Shown: positions 1 to 12,899, counted from the first letter of the whole stretch. The stretch: DNA of 63,822 nucleotides, filler included, from Octopus bimaculoides (GCF_001194135.2; 6 parts of 5 records of this genome joined end to end with filler, not necessarily neighbours in it); one strand, 5' to 3'. Notes: generated by a model from the sequence alone, not told the origin. Program-made: numbers and translations.

Positions 1-1596
1 CCTTCTTTGTCAAGTATAGATTTGACTTCGTCAAAATTCAGCAACTGTAAATTTGCTTATCTTCCGCTCCCTTCATCCGAGGACTCTATATTATGTGACA
101 CATCCACAGGTTCTCCTAGGCCTTTAGTACCTACGAACCATCAACGTTCTGTGTTTGATGCCCTTCATTCTTTGTCACATCCGGGCATCTCAGCAACAGT
201 AAAGCTTATCACTGCTCGGTGTTTCTGGCCCAATATGCGGCGATCAATTGCCACTTGGGCACGCTCTTGCATGAAGTGCCAGAGTGCGAAGGTCCATAGG
301 CACGTTCGTGCCCCTCTTGGACAATTTCCTTCTCCTGAAGCCCATTTCCGTCACGTCTATCTTGATTTGGTTGGACCGTTACCAGTGTGTCGCGGGTTCT
401 CATGCCTGTTAACTTGTGTTGACCGTTTCTCACGTTGGCCAGAAGCCATTCCTATAGCAGATATTACTTCTGAGACTGTTGTCCAGGTTTTCGTTTCTGG
501 GTGGGTTTCTAGGTTCGGAGTACCGGTCAGTTTGACCACAGATCGTGGCCGGCAATTTGAGGCCGCGCTTTTTCGTGACCTATCACGAATCCTGGGGGTG
601 CATCGTATACGCACCACCAGCTACCATCCCGCTTCTAATGGGATGGTTGAGCGGTTTCATAGACAATNNNNNNNNNNGGGGGTGCATCGTATACGCACCA
701 CCAGCTACCATCCCGCTTCTAATGGGATGGTTGAGCGGTTTCATAGACAATTTAAGGCCGCTTTGCGCGCCTCGCCCAACCCGCAGTTTTGGGTTGAAAT
801 TCTTCCGGTTGTCCTCCTTGGATGCCGGACTGCGGTAAAAGCTGACCTGGGTTACTCGTCGGCGGAACTTCTTTACGGCACCACGTTGACGTTGCCAGGT
901 GCGGTGGTGGTACCAGACTCATCACAACCACCACACCCAGAGTCCTATGTTACTCGGTTGCGAGAGTATTCCTCCAATCTTCCATCTATGGGCCCCAGAC
1001 AACAGTCACCTCCCTTTAGAGTGCCAGCAGACATTGAGTCTTGGTCTCATGTGTTTATTAGGGATGANNNNNNNNNNNNNNNNNNNNNNNNNNNNNNNNN
1101 NNNNNNNNNNNNNNNNNNNNNNNNNNNNNNNNNNNNNNNNNNNNNNNNNNNNNNNNNNNNNNNNNNNNNNNNNNNNNNNNNNNNNNNNNNNNNNNNNNNN
1201 NNNNNNNNNNNNNNNNNNNNNNNNNNNNNTAGGGATGATTCTCCCTACAAAGGACCCTATCGTGTGCTTTCTCGCACTCCAAAGTTTTTCAAGGTCGACG
1301 CTAATGGTCGTACAGAAATTGTGTCTGTCAACCGTCTGAAAAAAGCGTACCTTGACAAACCTTCAACTCCCGTGGACGACGTGCCCGTGTTTCAAATGCC
1401 GCACACACCACTATCACCACACACATTGTCAACGCCTTTACCAATGCATACACCAACATCAGCACCATCACAATCACACACACCAACAATTACACCACCT
1501 TCGTCATTGCAAAGGAACCCTAGCGAACCTTATGTCACTAGGTTTGGCAGGACGGTGCATTGGCCCAAGAAATTGGAAAAAACTATTTACGTTTAA
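1..1596 (+). mobile_element. Ty3/Gypsy LTR retrotransposon pol, 3' part (integrase), probably CsRn1-like clade
   Basis: Open frame with integrase Zn-binding motif (HSLSH...CMKC), DDE core (LDLVG, TTDRG, VERFH), GPY motif (PYKGPYRV) and a P/T/S-rich tail ending in TRFGRTVHWP. Stop TAA at 1594-1596. Two N-gaps lie inside the ORF. Clade assignment is from motif recall only. Confidence 0.93.
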
Positions 1597-1964
1597 TTTA
1601 TTGTGTTTTTACTGGACAATTTCAGTTTTTTTTATTGAACATTTTTCTTCCATTCAGAAAAAAAAAACTATGTATCCAGTTCGTAAAAAGTTACACAAGG
1701 AAATTTGGAATGTCCATACGCGGGAAGTCGTGGTCAGTTGGCAGAGCTATAGTTGAGCGTCGGATGCTAGCTTCGACCTGTTGCCTGGTACTAGGTATCT
1801 TAGTCGGTTGGCTCTTGCTATTTTCCGTGAGGGGATGTTCCACTCTACAGTGAAGATAAAACCGAGTGTTTGATATATATTTGTGCCGCATTTTCTGCGT
1901 GGTTTCGGTAGCCATCTCGCCTCAGACGTCCCTCCAAAATTTTTTAATTTCGTGTTCCACACTC

Positions 1965-1973
1965 AAGGGGGAG
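1965..1973 (+). other. Polypurine tract of the Gypsy element
   Basis: AAGGGGGAG lies 4 nt before the TGT that opens the putative LTR. Confidence 0.75.
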
Positions 1974-1977
1974 CCAT

Positions 1978-2315
1978 TGTAGTGACGTCATATTGGCGCC
2001 AAAAAGGCATAGTCGCCATTGCTGAATCCTTAACCACGCATGCGTGGATTTCAACATCCAAGCGTTCCCGCTTCGATTCTCTCTCTTTACCCGCAGACAG
2101 CGACCAAGCAAGACGTCTAAGCAGGCTCTCTCATTTGAGTGTGGTTGAACCAAGTTGTCTCTATAACGACACCAGCTCGAAGAACCGTACATCTACATTT
2201 CAGGCTACTCTAAAACCGGACAATTGGAAGCTGTTTTATTTTCCACCATACAATAAATATTTGTTGTTGTTGATCAGTTTGGAGTTTCTGCGTTCAGTTC
2301 ACTTCTAATTTAACA
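1978..2315 (+). mobile_element. 3' LTR of the Gypsy element
   Basis: Starts TGT right after the PPT, has AATAAA at 2252-2257 and ends ...TAACA at 2315. An alternative end is TACA at 2334. The 5' LTR is outside the window, so the end cannot be confirmed. Confidence 0.7.
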
Positions 2316-2408
2316 TAGGAAAGTTAGGTGTACATCTACTGATGTATAACCCACATTCCTAAAGTGCAATTTCTCAAAAAAAGTTTGCTACGAAATCGAT
2401 TGAAAATA

Positions 2409-2641
2409 TTGGGTTGTCCAGAAAGTTCGTGCCGATTTTTAAAGGAAAGAAAAAGGTCAATAAATACTTTACTTGCCATTACATTTTTAATCAACCAAAT
2501 ATGAACCATTTTGTTGCACAATGCGTCTTCATCTTTCCTTTAACTTGAAAATAACCTCTTTCCAGAATTGAGGTGGTTTCATGGCAAATAAGTCGAAAGG
2601 TAAGCTACTATAAATCGGCACGAAGTTCCCGGACAACCCAA
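2409..2641. mobile_element. mariner-derived MITE
   Basis: About 30 bp TIRs (TTGGGTTGTCC..TTCGTGCCGATTT / AAATCGGCACGAA..GGACAACCCAA) flanked by TA at 2407-2408 and 2642-2643. Confidence 0.9.
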
Positions 2642-3764
2642 TAATTGCAGAGGAATTGATAGAATGAATGCTAACAGAAAGAGCATCGAACTGTTGAAAT
2701 TGACGAAAGCGTCACCTATTTTTCCTTTTCGTTGAATTTATAAAGTTTGCAGAGAAGAGGATTTACAACAGTAGATATCTCTGGAAATGGGGACATATTA
2801 GAATTACTGATAGAGAACAACGTTCTACCAAATACTCTAGAATGTTCAAGGAATGGGCAGTGTATGCTCAAGTAGAGTAACAGAGAGGCAGTTGAAAATA
2901 CCTTCGAATTTATATGAAGAAATTCGTGTGGAGATAGAATGAATGCGCTAAGAAAACATTTAGAAATATTCTCTGCGCTTTTACGAATGGTGACAAACAA
3001 ATATCGATTGTAATTGTTAATTCTTAATTATCTTTGATTAAGTTATAATAATATAATTCTATTTATTACTTTTGGTTCGTTCGTATTGTTTAGATTATTG
3101 AGATTTGAATTCTGTAACAAAAAATTTACAAGTGTTCTTTGAGTTCTGTCACGCATGGTGACAGATAAATATTGATTGTAAATTATTAATAACTATTTTA
3201 TAAGAAAAGCGACAAAAGACATTTTTGCTTTAAAATGATGTGATGGTCGAGATTGGAAGACCTTTGTTCATACGTTTTGTCAGTCAAAACGGACTCGAGA
3301 TTAAACGTGTTATTTTTTGTTTTGAATTAAGACTGGTTTTATACATGCAAGAAAATTGAAAACGAATCAGACCGTCAAGTATTATTTTTGACAAAAAATA
3401 AATAAATATATATANNNNNNNNNNNNNNNNNNNNNNNNNNNNNNNNNNNNNNNNNNNNNNNNNNNNNNNNNNNNNNNNNNNNNNNNNNNNNNNNNNNNNN
3501 NNNNNNNNNNNNNNNNNNNNNNNNNNNNNNNNNNNNNNNNNNNNNNNNNNNNNNNNNTAGGACAGTTTTCTCCAGGATACCATTTAGCTTGTATATTCAT
3601 GCATTTCTTATTGCCAACTGACGTGGAAAGAAAAACCTGGATATAAAGTACACATTTTCTGGTCTAGTGACATAGGAATTAAAAATATTTCTCAGTGTTA
3701 TTGATTGATCTAAACATTACGCATTCATTTGAGTAGTTAGTAATGAATATTGATTTTGGTGGTC

Positions 3765-4325
3765 AATGCGGAAGCTAGGGATAAATGAGTGGTTGGTGAG
3801 AGCCATACAAGCCATATACAGGGAGACTGTCAGTAAGGTGAGTGTTGGGAACGAGTATAGCAATGTATTTAGTGTACAGGTAGTAGTCCACCAAGGATCG
3901 GTCCTCAACCCCACTTGTTAATTTTAGTCCTCCAGGCTAGAACAGAGGAATTTAAGACGGGCTACCCTTAGGGACCCCTCTATGCTAATGATCTTGTTCT
4001 CATAGCTAACAGAACTAGAGAAGAAATTTCAGGTGTGGAAGCAAGATCTGGAATCAAAGAACCTTAGAGTTAATTTAGCAAAGACCAAAGTCTTAGTAAG
4101 TAGGAAAGCAGTCAAATCACAAATCTCTTCTGGTAGATGGCCCTGATCAATATGCAGAAAAGCGTAGGTAGAAATTCCATAAGATGTACCTGGTGCAGGT
4201 TATGGATATATAAGCGGCGCAGCAATATCAAAGGAAGGTAAACAGAGAAAGTAGTCTTTCTTAGATATATAGGTACAATAAACACTGAAAATGTACAAAA
4301 AATAGACTACGTCAAATACCAAGGT
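3765..4325 (+). mobile_element. RTE-type LINE RT fragment, degraded
   Basis: Encodes VSKVSVGNEY..VHQGSVL..., then DLESK.LRVNLAKTKVL. Clearly homologous to 55400-55950. Confidence 0.85.
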
Positions 4326-4459
4326 GAGGGGGAGCGCATGTTGTTAACAATATCACTAATACCAATAAGATGACAAACTCTACCATTTATCATTTTGACA
4401 ATTTAGAAGCAGGAGAAATAGTGACCAAACTAGATATAGAGATAGTAGTATATATAATA

Positions 4460-5575
4460 CAATGGACTTGTATACAGTGCTCAGGTATACTACAACTAAA
4501 AAAGAAAGAAGTCATAGGGGTGGAGGCATCAGATGTACTGTTAGTGAATTTCAGGAAGCATGGAAGTTTTAAAGAATGTAGTGTTTCGACAGCTAACAAC
4601 TGATGAAGGTAGTTTATTCCATGTTTCAGCCATTCTGAGCATGAATATTTCTGAAAGTCATAGGTGCTGATTTTTTTTTTATTCACAACTATCGGAACGC
4701 GAAGCGCTCCTCACGACCGCAGGTTCGTGAGATAGTTGTGATCTGCAAACAGTTTTGAGTAGGAATCGGAAAGAGAAGTATTAACACGCAATGCGCATAT
4801 GCACACTGATTTCGTAAAACGGAAGAGAAGAATAAAAACGCAATGCGCATGTCAAAATAAAACAGAAGAGAAGAATAAAAATGCAAAGTGCATGTCGAAC
4901 AAGTTATATGGTGGTCTGCATGCCACATCTGACACCACTATCATGCAGCTTTGCAGCAATTTTCTTGTTTGATTTTGTAAGCATGTCCACGAGTGTTAGA
5001 CATAAGGAATTCAAAAAGGTACCCACAGTTGTTAGAAAGATGGTGGCTAATCTTGTGGGTGTCTGCCAGATCAGTTGCCAGACGTCGGAGCTTTAACGTG
5101 TCTATGCCCAGGGAAGTAAGACGTTCAGAGTATGGTAGATACCTGACGACGGATATTCGTTTGGTTGCACGTTTCTGAACAGTTATCAGGCGTTTGATAT
5201 GCTGAGCAAGATAGGGTTCCAGACTGGTGATGCAAACTCTAAGTCTAGACGTACCATAGTCATATACAGCTTTAAATAGATAGCTGGAGAGCGGATGACA
5301 AAGGTCTTACTGAGTGATGCTAAGACATCGTCAGCCTTCTTAACAATCTTTGAGATGTGGATTATCCAACACAGGTTGCTGCTTACAACAATACCCAGAA
5401 CACATTCACCAATAGATCTTGCAAGATTGATGTTGCTAAGGGAGTGTGTAAAAACTGAGTTTTTCCTCCAAAAGTGCATGGTGATGCACTTGTCTGCAGC
5501 TAGATTGAGTTGCCAGTTGGTAATCCAATGCTGCATTGTGTCCAGGTCTGATTGCAGAGAAGATCTATAAACTAT
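4460..5575 (-). mobile_element. CR1/L2-type LINE 3' fragment, interrupted by an insert at about 4672-4960
   Basis: WITNWQLNLAADKC...LGIVVSSNLCW..HISKIVKKA...LEFASPVWNP is an RT C-terminal region. It aligns with the plus-strand copy at 61930-62690, including the 3' UTR. Confidence 0.85.
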
Positions 5576-6559
5576 ACGATCTGTTCTTTTTATCTAGAAT
5601 AGAAATTTTAAGGCTACGTAAATCATCTATTACTTTTAAAAGTGAAAAGACTAATTTTCTTGCTAGCCTCAAATGTTGAATCATAAATCTGGAAAGAAAT
5701 GATATAGCAAAACAAGGGAAAATATTTTAGATTCTATTATTTTTCAGAGTAAACAGGATACATTTTTTTCTTAATGGAAAATTAGTTTATCAGCCACCAA
5801 GTGGTTCAGTAACATAGATAATCATAAATGTAAATATATACAGTTCTATATACTAGAATTATATACGCCCATAGCTAAGATCTTTCTTGAAAAACTTTAA
5901 AATTCGTGCTGTATGCTCCTTCTGAGTTTATCGTTACAGGGTAGATAATCTCTTCTAGATTAAGCTAAGTTAAATTTAGTTTAATTCACATCAGAGACTA
6001 AAGAGCATACACATTTGAGAATTCGACAGAGGTTTAATACTAACCATGAAGGTGAGTGCCATTACGATCAAACGGTAATGATCGTAATGACACTGTGCTA
6101 GTGAGTGGGCTAGTCGTTAGGAAGTTACACGCAAGATCGTGTTTTTAATTTTCGAACCGAGCGGTGTGTTGTATTCTTGATAAAAAAAAAGCATTTCATG
6201 TTACTTCAATCCACTCAGCTGTAAATGCGTCGGACTAGCGTCCTGTTTAGGTGATCTATTGGGATCTCGGTTATTTATACACCATGGCAACTGGTTAACC
6301 AGTCATATAAATACTAGGAGTCTTATTCCAATTAGTGATTAGGTCATTAATATTATTATGCGCACTAGTGGAAATCTTCGCTATTTTACACAAATTCTTT
6401 TTTGGGTAAAACTTAATGACCACGAATTACTTGGTATAACTATAGAATAGTCTGATAGAATTGAGGTATGTAGAATGCTAAGATTGTATACCTTTTACTT
6501 ACTTTGGAAGAGATTCCTCTCAGCAGAATTCAGTTTCTATAAATACGGTGGTCTATTCC

Positions 6560-8490
6560 TGCAGCAAAGTTTTGACTAAACACCTATGCAGTATTTTCTC
6601 TTCTATAACATCTGATTTCTCTTATGCCCAGTATTTTTTTTCTCTCAGCTCATTTGTACTCTCTCGTTCATATCCACAAATATTAGACATTTAGCGAAGT
6701 ATGCTTATCTCATTTGTTTCTATATACTTCGTAATCCCCTTTTTTCAACGCCCATGTCTCTTTACCATGCAACATTGCATTTTGCACACAAGCATCATAC
6801 AATCTACCCTTCTTTTAGAAGATAGAATGATTTTGTTGCCAGCGAAGATCCTTAAACTTTTAATATGTTGCTACCATACTTTTGGAACAACACCTCCTCT
6901 GCAAAAAGGAACCTTTTGAGCATTTGAAAGAATTTTTAAGCCAGTGCCATTGTTTGCTGCAACTCGTGAGCATCTATTACAGATGCGCATGAACGAACCC
7001 CTCTTAGCCTACCTGTGACCCTACTATTTTCTTTTGCGCAACCATAATTTACATACTTTTCTACTCCTTTCTTTCAGATAACAGCAGAGTTCTTTCCTCA
7101 CGCTTATTAAAACTTTCCTCTTTGCAAAACTTTGATGATTCTTCATTCTAAGCTTTCTTCCTACATTTGGAACATATTTCCTAAATCTTCGAGAGATTCA
7201 GAAAATTCATTCATCAGAATCAAAATACCTAAGTACTGCCAGTCCTACATTTCTCTGTTTTGACCTGCGGAACTATGACAAATACTGAGTTTAAAACCAC
7301 GCCCTGGTGGACATCTATCTGCACATTATATTAATCGCCGAACTCATTGATAACTTTCACTTTGCTGACATTATATCTCTATATATAGTTTATACACCTT
7401 CAGAAGGAATTCCTCTAAACCTAGTTTTCTACGACCACCAGACTATAAGCACGGCAATATATTATCAAAGGCTTCCTGCAGATCGACGGTTGCTAATTAT
7501 AACGGCTAGTTCTTCGTTAAGAACTGTTGGAATTATCTCACTAGAAATTTGGCATAGGTTGTGTATCTCGACTTGACCCAAATTCGAATTACATTTCATC
7601 TAAGCTAATTGTCTTCTAAATAGCTATATAACTTTACAGTTATTTCTGTTACTTTTATAACCTAATTCATGAGTGTTTCTTTGTTGAACATTTCCTTTGC
7701 GCTTGTGGTAATTGATGATGATACTGCTACCTAATCACCGATTATGAAACATCCTTGTGATACCTGACAGATTGTGTAAGGTGTGTCTTGTTATGAGTCC
7801 TAATTGTCCAATTTCCCACAACATTTTAAGCTTCTGGTGGTCCAGCTGTTTTCCTTTATATCCTTAATCGCATTTTCAACTAGACGACTTACAATTTCAA
7901 TACCTGGTCATTCTCTGTTGGATCTATTCGAAGAAGTCTTTCTCCCTCCCCCCCTCTCTCTCTCTCTCTCTCTCTTTCACTTCTATGCATCCCTCTCATT
8001 TTTACATTTCAAAGCATCTTTTGATCATTCTTGAGGACAAGTGCACCGCTATTGATTCGTACACATCATTTATTGTTCTGAAATACAGAATATTTCATTC
8101 CTCTGATCCTCACGTCGTAAGATTTTTGTAATCTCTTACTTTCCGTTTCTCTCCGTGTTACTTGTACCTAACGACTGGCTTCTCTTCAAGTTATTTGATA
8201 TTGCTTTTTGCTTCCGCTTTCTTTTATTCTTTCCAGACCTCTCTCTTAGTTCCAGGCTTTATCTAGTGTACTATTCCACACTGAATCACCTCCTATCATG
8301 CTGGAACCGTGCTGCAACTATTGATATTGCATGCAGCTTACAGCATATTATCGTGCAGATATTTATTAGAATTGCTGTTTGCCTTCACAGTGACTTGTAA
8401 AATCCTCGTTTCTCATGAGCTGAATTTTATTCATTGTTACTTGTCACTTGAACGAGTTGTCTTTTCGATGGCTTGTGACGTATGCCTCTC
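6560..8490 (-). mobile_element. Old RTE-type LINE, heavily degraded
   Basis: Reverse strand gives remnants such as GRLYDACVQNAMLHGKETWA and VQIDVHQGVV, matching the RTE copy at 53960-56430. Ends are approximate. Confidence 0.7.
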
Positions 8491-8986
8491 ACCAATAGTC
8501 TTAATTATTTAACTAACAGCTTGCTGGGAGTCACCTGGATCTGTTGTAGTTTGTACAGCAACCAGAAGTAGATGGCTGGAATGATATTACCCACGTATTG
8601 CAAAACAAGAGGACGTTTCCATCACACAGAGTTATAAAGATTAGCCAGGAAACTGTGTGAAGGGGCTTCATCATCGTCAGGATAATTTGCGCAATGGTGT
8701 GCTGTATTTGTCAGGATATGGGGTTGAGAACCACAACATTAGTGTTTGTTCATCATCCTAATATATGGAGCTTGTACACGAATTTTAACATTTCAAGGAG
8801 ACCTTTAACAAAAATATGGCAATAGTAATAGGAACAATAATTGTAAGATAAATAATTTCACTTATCTGAAACCTAACAAATACCCTGAGAGATTAATAAG
8901 CTTCGTATTAGAAACATTGATTCAAACCTGGCTCAGTTTCATACATTAATGAAATTTCAGCTGAAGCCAGTTGAAACCACACCAGA

Positions 8987-8993
<7 letters not shown>

Positions 8994-9041
<48 letters not shown>
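8994..9041. repeat. (GA)n microsatellite
   Basis: Seen directly. Confidence 0.9.
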
Positions 9042-9043
<2 letters not shown>

Positions 9044-9341
9044 TGAGAGTATGAGAGAGAAACGTATATGGAAGGATAAAGAGAAAGAGAGGAAGAGATA
9101 TATAGAGAGATACAGACATAAAAAGCAGAAAAAGATATGTATGTATGTGCGTCATTATTCGGTTTATTTCAAGATTTCTTGCCAATAGAGAAAGAACCGG
9201 TTTCTAACCTAGATCCAAAGTTCTTTCATTGGAATTTCAACATCAGCAACAAGGTATATCTGTCTGTCTGTCTGTATGTATGTATGTATGTATGTAAGTT
9301 TGTATGTATGTATGTATGTATAGTATTCTTTTGTTCCTTTA

Positions 9342-9690
9342 TGTTTCAGTCATTTTGACTGCAGCCATACTGGAGCACCACTTTAAGGGGTTCTTGTCGA
9401 ACAAATCGACCCCAGGAGTTATTCTTTATAAGCCTAGTACTTATTCTATCAAAATCTTTTGCTAAACCGCTACGTTGCGTTACGGGGACATAACACACTA
9501 ACATCGGTTGTCAAGCGATGGTGGGGAGACAAACATATACACAAACGCATANNNNNNNNNNCTCACAAGGCTTTGGTCAGCCTGAGGCTTTAGTAGAAGT
9601 CATTTGCACAAGGTGTCACGCAGTGGAACTGAACCGGGAACCATATGGTTGGGAAGCAAGCTTCTTACTATACAGCCACGCCTGCGCCTA
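9342..9690 (-). mobile_element. SINE family A (tRNA-derived head AGGCGCAGG.GTGGCTGTGTGG, internal microsatellite)
   Basis: Same body and head as about 14 other copies in the window. The head has A-box TGGCTGTGTGG and B-box GGTTCAGTCCC. Confidence 0.85.
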
Positions 9691-9693
9691 TAT

Positions 9694-10058
9694 CAGGGAC
9701 GTGCTGCCTGGGAAGGCAAGGTAGGCAGTGCCTAGCTTGAATAAAATAGATTGATAGTAATATTTTCCTTTTATGGCAAAATATGCACCTAGTTCAATAA
9801 AATTATGAAGGTTACTCTGACTACTATGCATAAAATACAAAATATATATTTTTTTGTAGATTAGGTAGGCACAATTTGCCCCTACCTTTCAATCTCAGTA
9901 TTAAATCTACGCGTACATTCCTACAACAACGTTTTCTTTACGCGCTATAAAGGCAGAACTAAATCGCGCACTTATGTTCCGCTTATTTTTTTTCTGTGTT
10001 TTACTACATAAACGTCACCAACCGCCTACCCTAAGTAATTACTTATGGTACGTGCCTA
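9694..10058. mobile_element. hAT-like MITE
   Basis: 8 bp TSD GCCTATAT at 9686-9693 and 10059-10066. Degenerate TIRs CAGGGACGTGC / GTACGTGCCTA. Confidence 0.6.
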
Positions 10059-10082
10059 GCCTATATATACATAGTATATATA

Positions 10083-10420
10083 TTGGGTTGGCAAGACAGT
10101 AATTTCGTTTTTCGCAAATAGATAGAATTACGATATTTTTGAATGAATTTGTCAATCTTATGATTTTTTTCCTTTTGACATTTGATAGCCGTTACTTTTA
10201 GCGGCTTTTAGTTAATTTTAGTTACTTTTACTAGAAGCAAATTGTGCGTAATTTCGTTTATAGCTGTTAGTTCAGTGTCAATTTTAACATGGAATGCAGC
10301 AACGAACATTTTCGCCATATTTTGCTTTTTTATTTCCGTAAAGGTAAGAAAGCTGCCGTGGCTCACAAAGAGATATGTGAAATCTATGGTATTGATTGCT
10401 CAACAGAATGCACTTACCAG
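10083..10420 (+). mobile_element. mariner 5' fragment (ITR plus transposase N-terminal HTH)
   Basis: TA plus TTGGGTTGGC ITR. ATG at 10289 gives MECSNEHFRHILLFYFRKGKKAAVAHKEICEIYG, a mariner HTH. Confidence 0.85.
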
Positions 10421-10444
10421 AAATCAAATCAAATCACAATTAAA

Positions 10445-10803
10445 TGGAAATTGCAGTTGTGGCTGTTACCAGTGCTGGTGGCACACAATAAGCACCATTC
10501 ATGCATAGGTCACTGTCAGAGCCACCTGACTGGTTCTCGTTACTGGTAGTATGTAAAAAGCACTATCCGAACATGGTCGATGCCAGCCCCCACCACCCCG
10601 ACTAGCTCCCGTGCCAGTGGCACATAAAAAGCACCCGCTACACTCTCGGAATGGTTGGCGTTAGGAAGGGCATCCAGCTGTAGAAACTCTGTCAGATCAG
10701 ATTGGAGCCTGGTGCAGCCATCTAGCTTGCCAGTCCCCAGTCAAACCGTCCAACCCACGCCAGCATGAAAAACGGATGTTAAACGATGATGATGATGGTG
10801 ATG
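10445..10803 (+). mobile_element. SINE or non-autonomous element with RTE-type 3' tail
   Basis: Ends GTCAAACCGTCCAACCCACGCCAGCATG..ACGGATGTTAAACGATGATG. Related tail pieces occur at about 22980 and 42190. Confidence 0.6.
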
Positions 10804-11039
10804 ATGTTTACATCTGCCTTTCTATTGAGACTTCTCCCCTCCACATTTTAAAGAGGTCTTAGGTTAATAGGTCACAGAGTCTGATGATACACCATAAAGT
10901 TAAGCCTTTTATGGCCGGGTGACTCAGGGTAACCTCATAAACCAACATTCACCAGGAAAAAATATAGACTGCTCTATATTTTAGAGTGTGCTTCTCCAGA
11001 TTTATGCTTCTTCTGTATGTATGTATGTATGTATGTATG

Positions 11040-11082
<43 letters not shown>

Positions 11083-11197
11083 NNNNNNNNNNNNNNNNNN
11101 NNNNNNNNNNNNNNNNNNNNNNNNNNTTAATTAATTAANNNNNNNNNNNNNNNNNNNNNNNNNNNNNNNNNNNNNNNNNNNNATATATATATATATT

Positions 11198-11232
<35 letters not shown>

Positions 11233-11991
11233 ATATATACATACAGAGTATCATTTATATACACATATAGATACTGTTAAATTGTATCTTACTATCAACA
11301 CAAATCGTTGCAGATATTAGACCTGCACAAACAACAATATTGGACACAATTTACGTTAGAGATTGTTTCTGCTATACACCCATGGATGGATGTCTGCGTA
11401 TAAACAGGATGGGTGTGTATGTAGATTATATATATATATATATATACACACTCCCAATTTATAACTGATTTTGCGCGCGAGTACGTTATATATTTATATA
11501 TATATGTTAAATCTCTGAGCGAGGTATATATGTATATANNNNNNNNNNNNNNNNNNNNNNNNNNNNNNNNNNNNNNNNNNNNNNNNNNNNNNNNNNNNNN
11601 NNNNNNNNNNNNNNNNNNNNNNNNNNNNNNNNNNNNNNNNNNNNNNNNNNNNNNNNNNNNNNNNNNNNNNNNNNNNNNNNNNNNNNNNNNNNNNNNNNNN
11701 NNNNNNNNNNNNNNNNNNNNNNNNNNNNNNNNNNNNNNNNNNNNNNNNNTATATATATATATATATATATACACAATGTTCTGACTCCCCTCTTCCTAAA
11801 AGCGCTGTCATTTTCCCGCCCCCTCTCTGTCTGTCTATCCCTCTTTCTTTCTCATGCCCGAGTAATATATGCTCTATATATATGTGTGTGTAAAATTAAC
11901 TACATACACACAGATATATATAAACAAATACTAACTACACATACCCCCCCCCTCAAAAACGAGTTACTAGTAGTGTTTATGCAGATAGTAA

Positions 11992-12028
<37 letters not shown>

Positions 12029-12566
12029 TAGATAGATAGATATAGATATATACACACACACACATTACTTATATACACTTCCCATAAATGTGTAGGGAGT
12101 ACTGTGTTTGCAAATCTTAAGCGATAAAACGGGTCTACAGTCGTGTATATATATAGGAATGTGTGTGTGTGTATACATATGTACAAACTAGTTATATACA
12201 TTCCCTAAAAACATGTTGGGAGCAGTGTTTTATTTTTTGCAAATCTGAAGTATTTATAACAGGTCTGTCTGTGTGTATGTATGTATATGTGTGTGTGTAT
12301 GTATATATAAATTCCTTTGTGGTTTAACTCCGGATACCACACATATGTGTGCTTTACATACATATATATATATATATATATATGGATATGTATGTGTGTG
12401 TGTGTGTGTGTGTTGTATACTACGGTTGTAGTATAAATATAGTCGGTGCTTGTGTTTGTATATATATATATATATATAAACGTAGTCACATATACACATA
12501 TATATATGTATGTATAGAGCTTATAGATGTAGAAATATCCTCCGGAATGTCCAGTGTTTCACTTAC

Positions 12567-12726
12567 CTTTTTCCGATGAAGGAAGTGTGTTGTTATATTG
12601 TTGTTGTTGCTGTAGTAGCTGTTGTTGTTGGTATTGCTGTTGTTGTTGTTGTATGTGTAGTTGTTGTTGTTGTTGGTCTCCATCTCTGGGATTGTTCACT
12701 TGTGTGATAATGGACGTATTGTCCAT
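12567..12726 (-). CDS. Candidate coding exon of an unidentified host gene (poly-Gln N-terminus)
   Basis: MDNTSIITQVNNPRDGDQQQQQLHIQQQQQQYQQQQLLQQQQQYNNTLPSSEK followed by a consensus donor AAG|GTAAGT (12566-12561), phase 1. Confidence 0.5.
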
Positions 12727-12899
12727 TAGTGGTGGAGAGGAAAAAAAAAACCCTGTCCTCCACACAGCTATAAGCTTCGTCGCCCTACTTCTCTTTTCTC
12801 CTATACTTTAAACGGTTGTGTATATATGTATTTGTGTGTATACATAAATATATACATGTGTATATGTGTGTGTGTGTCACTAATATCAGTTGTGTGTAT

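Noticed and set aside
597-748. Duplicated GVHRIRTTSYHPASNGMVERFHRQ in the integrase
   Set aside because: Exact repeat on both sides of a short N gap, i.e. an unmerged contig overlap. The same applies to AGGGATGA flanking the gap at 1068-1230.
11083-11182. TTAATTAATTAA islands inside N-runs (11127, 23585, 40027, 56669, 60979)
   Set aside because: The same 12-mer sits centred in about 100 bp N blocks each time and has stops in all six frames. It is an artificial scaffolding spacer.
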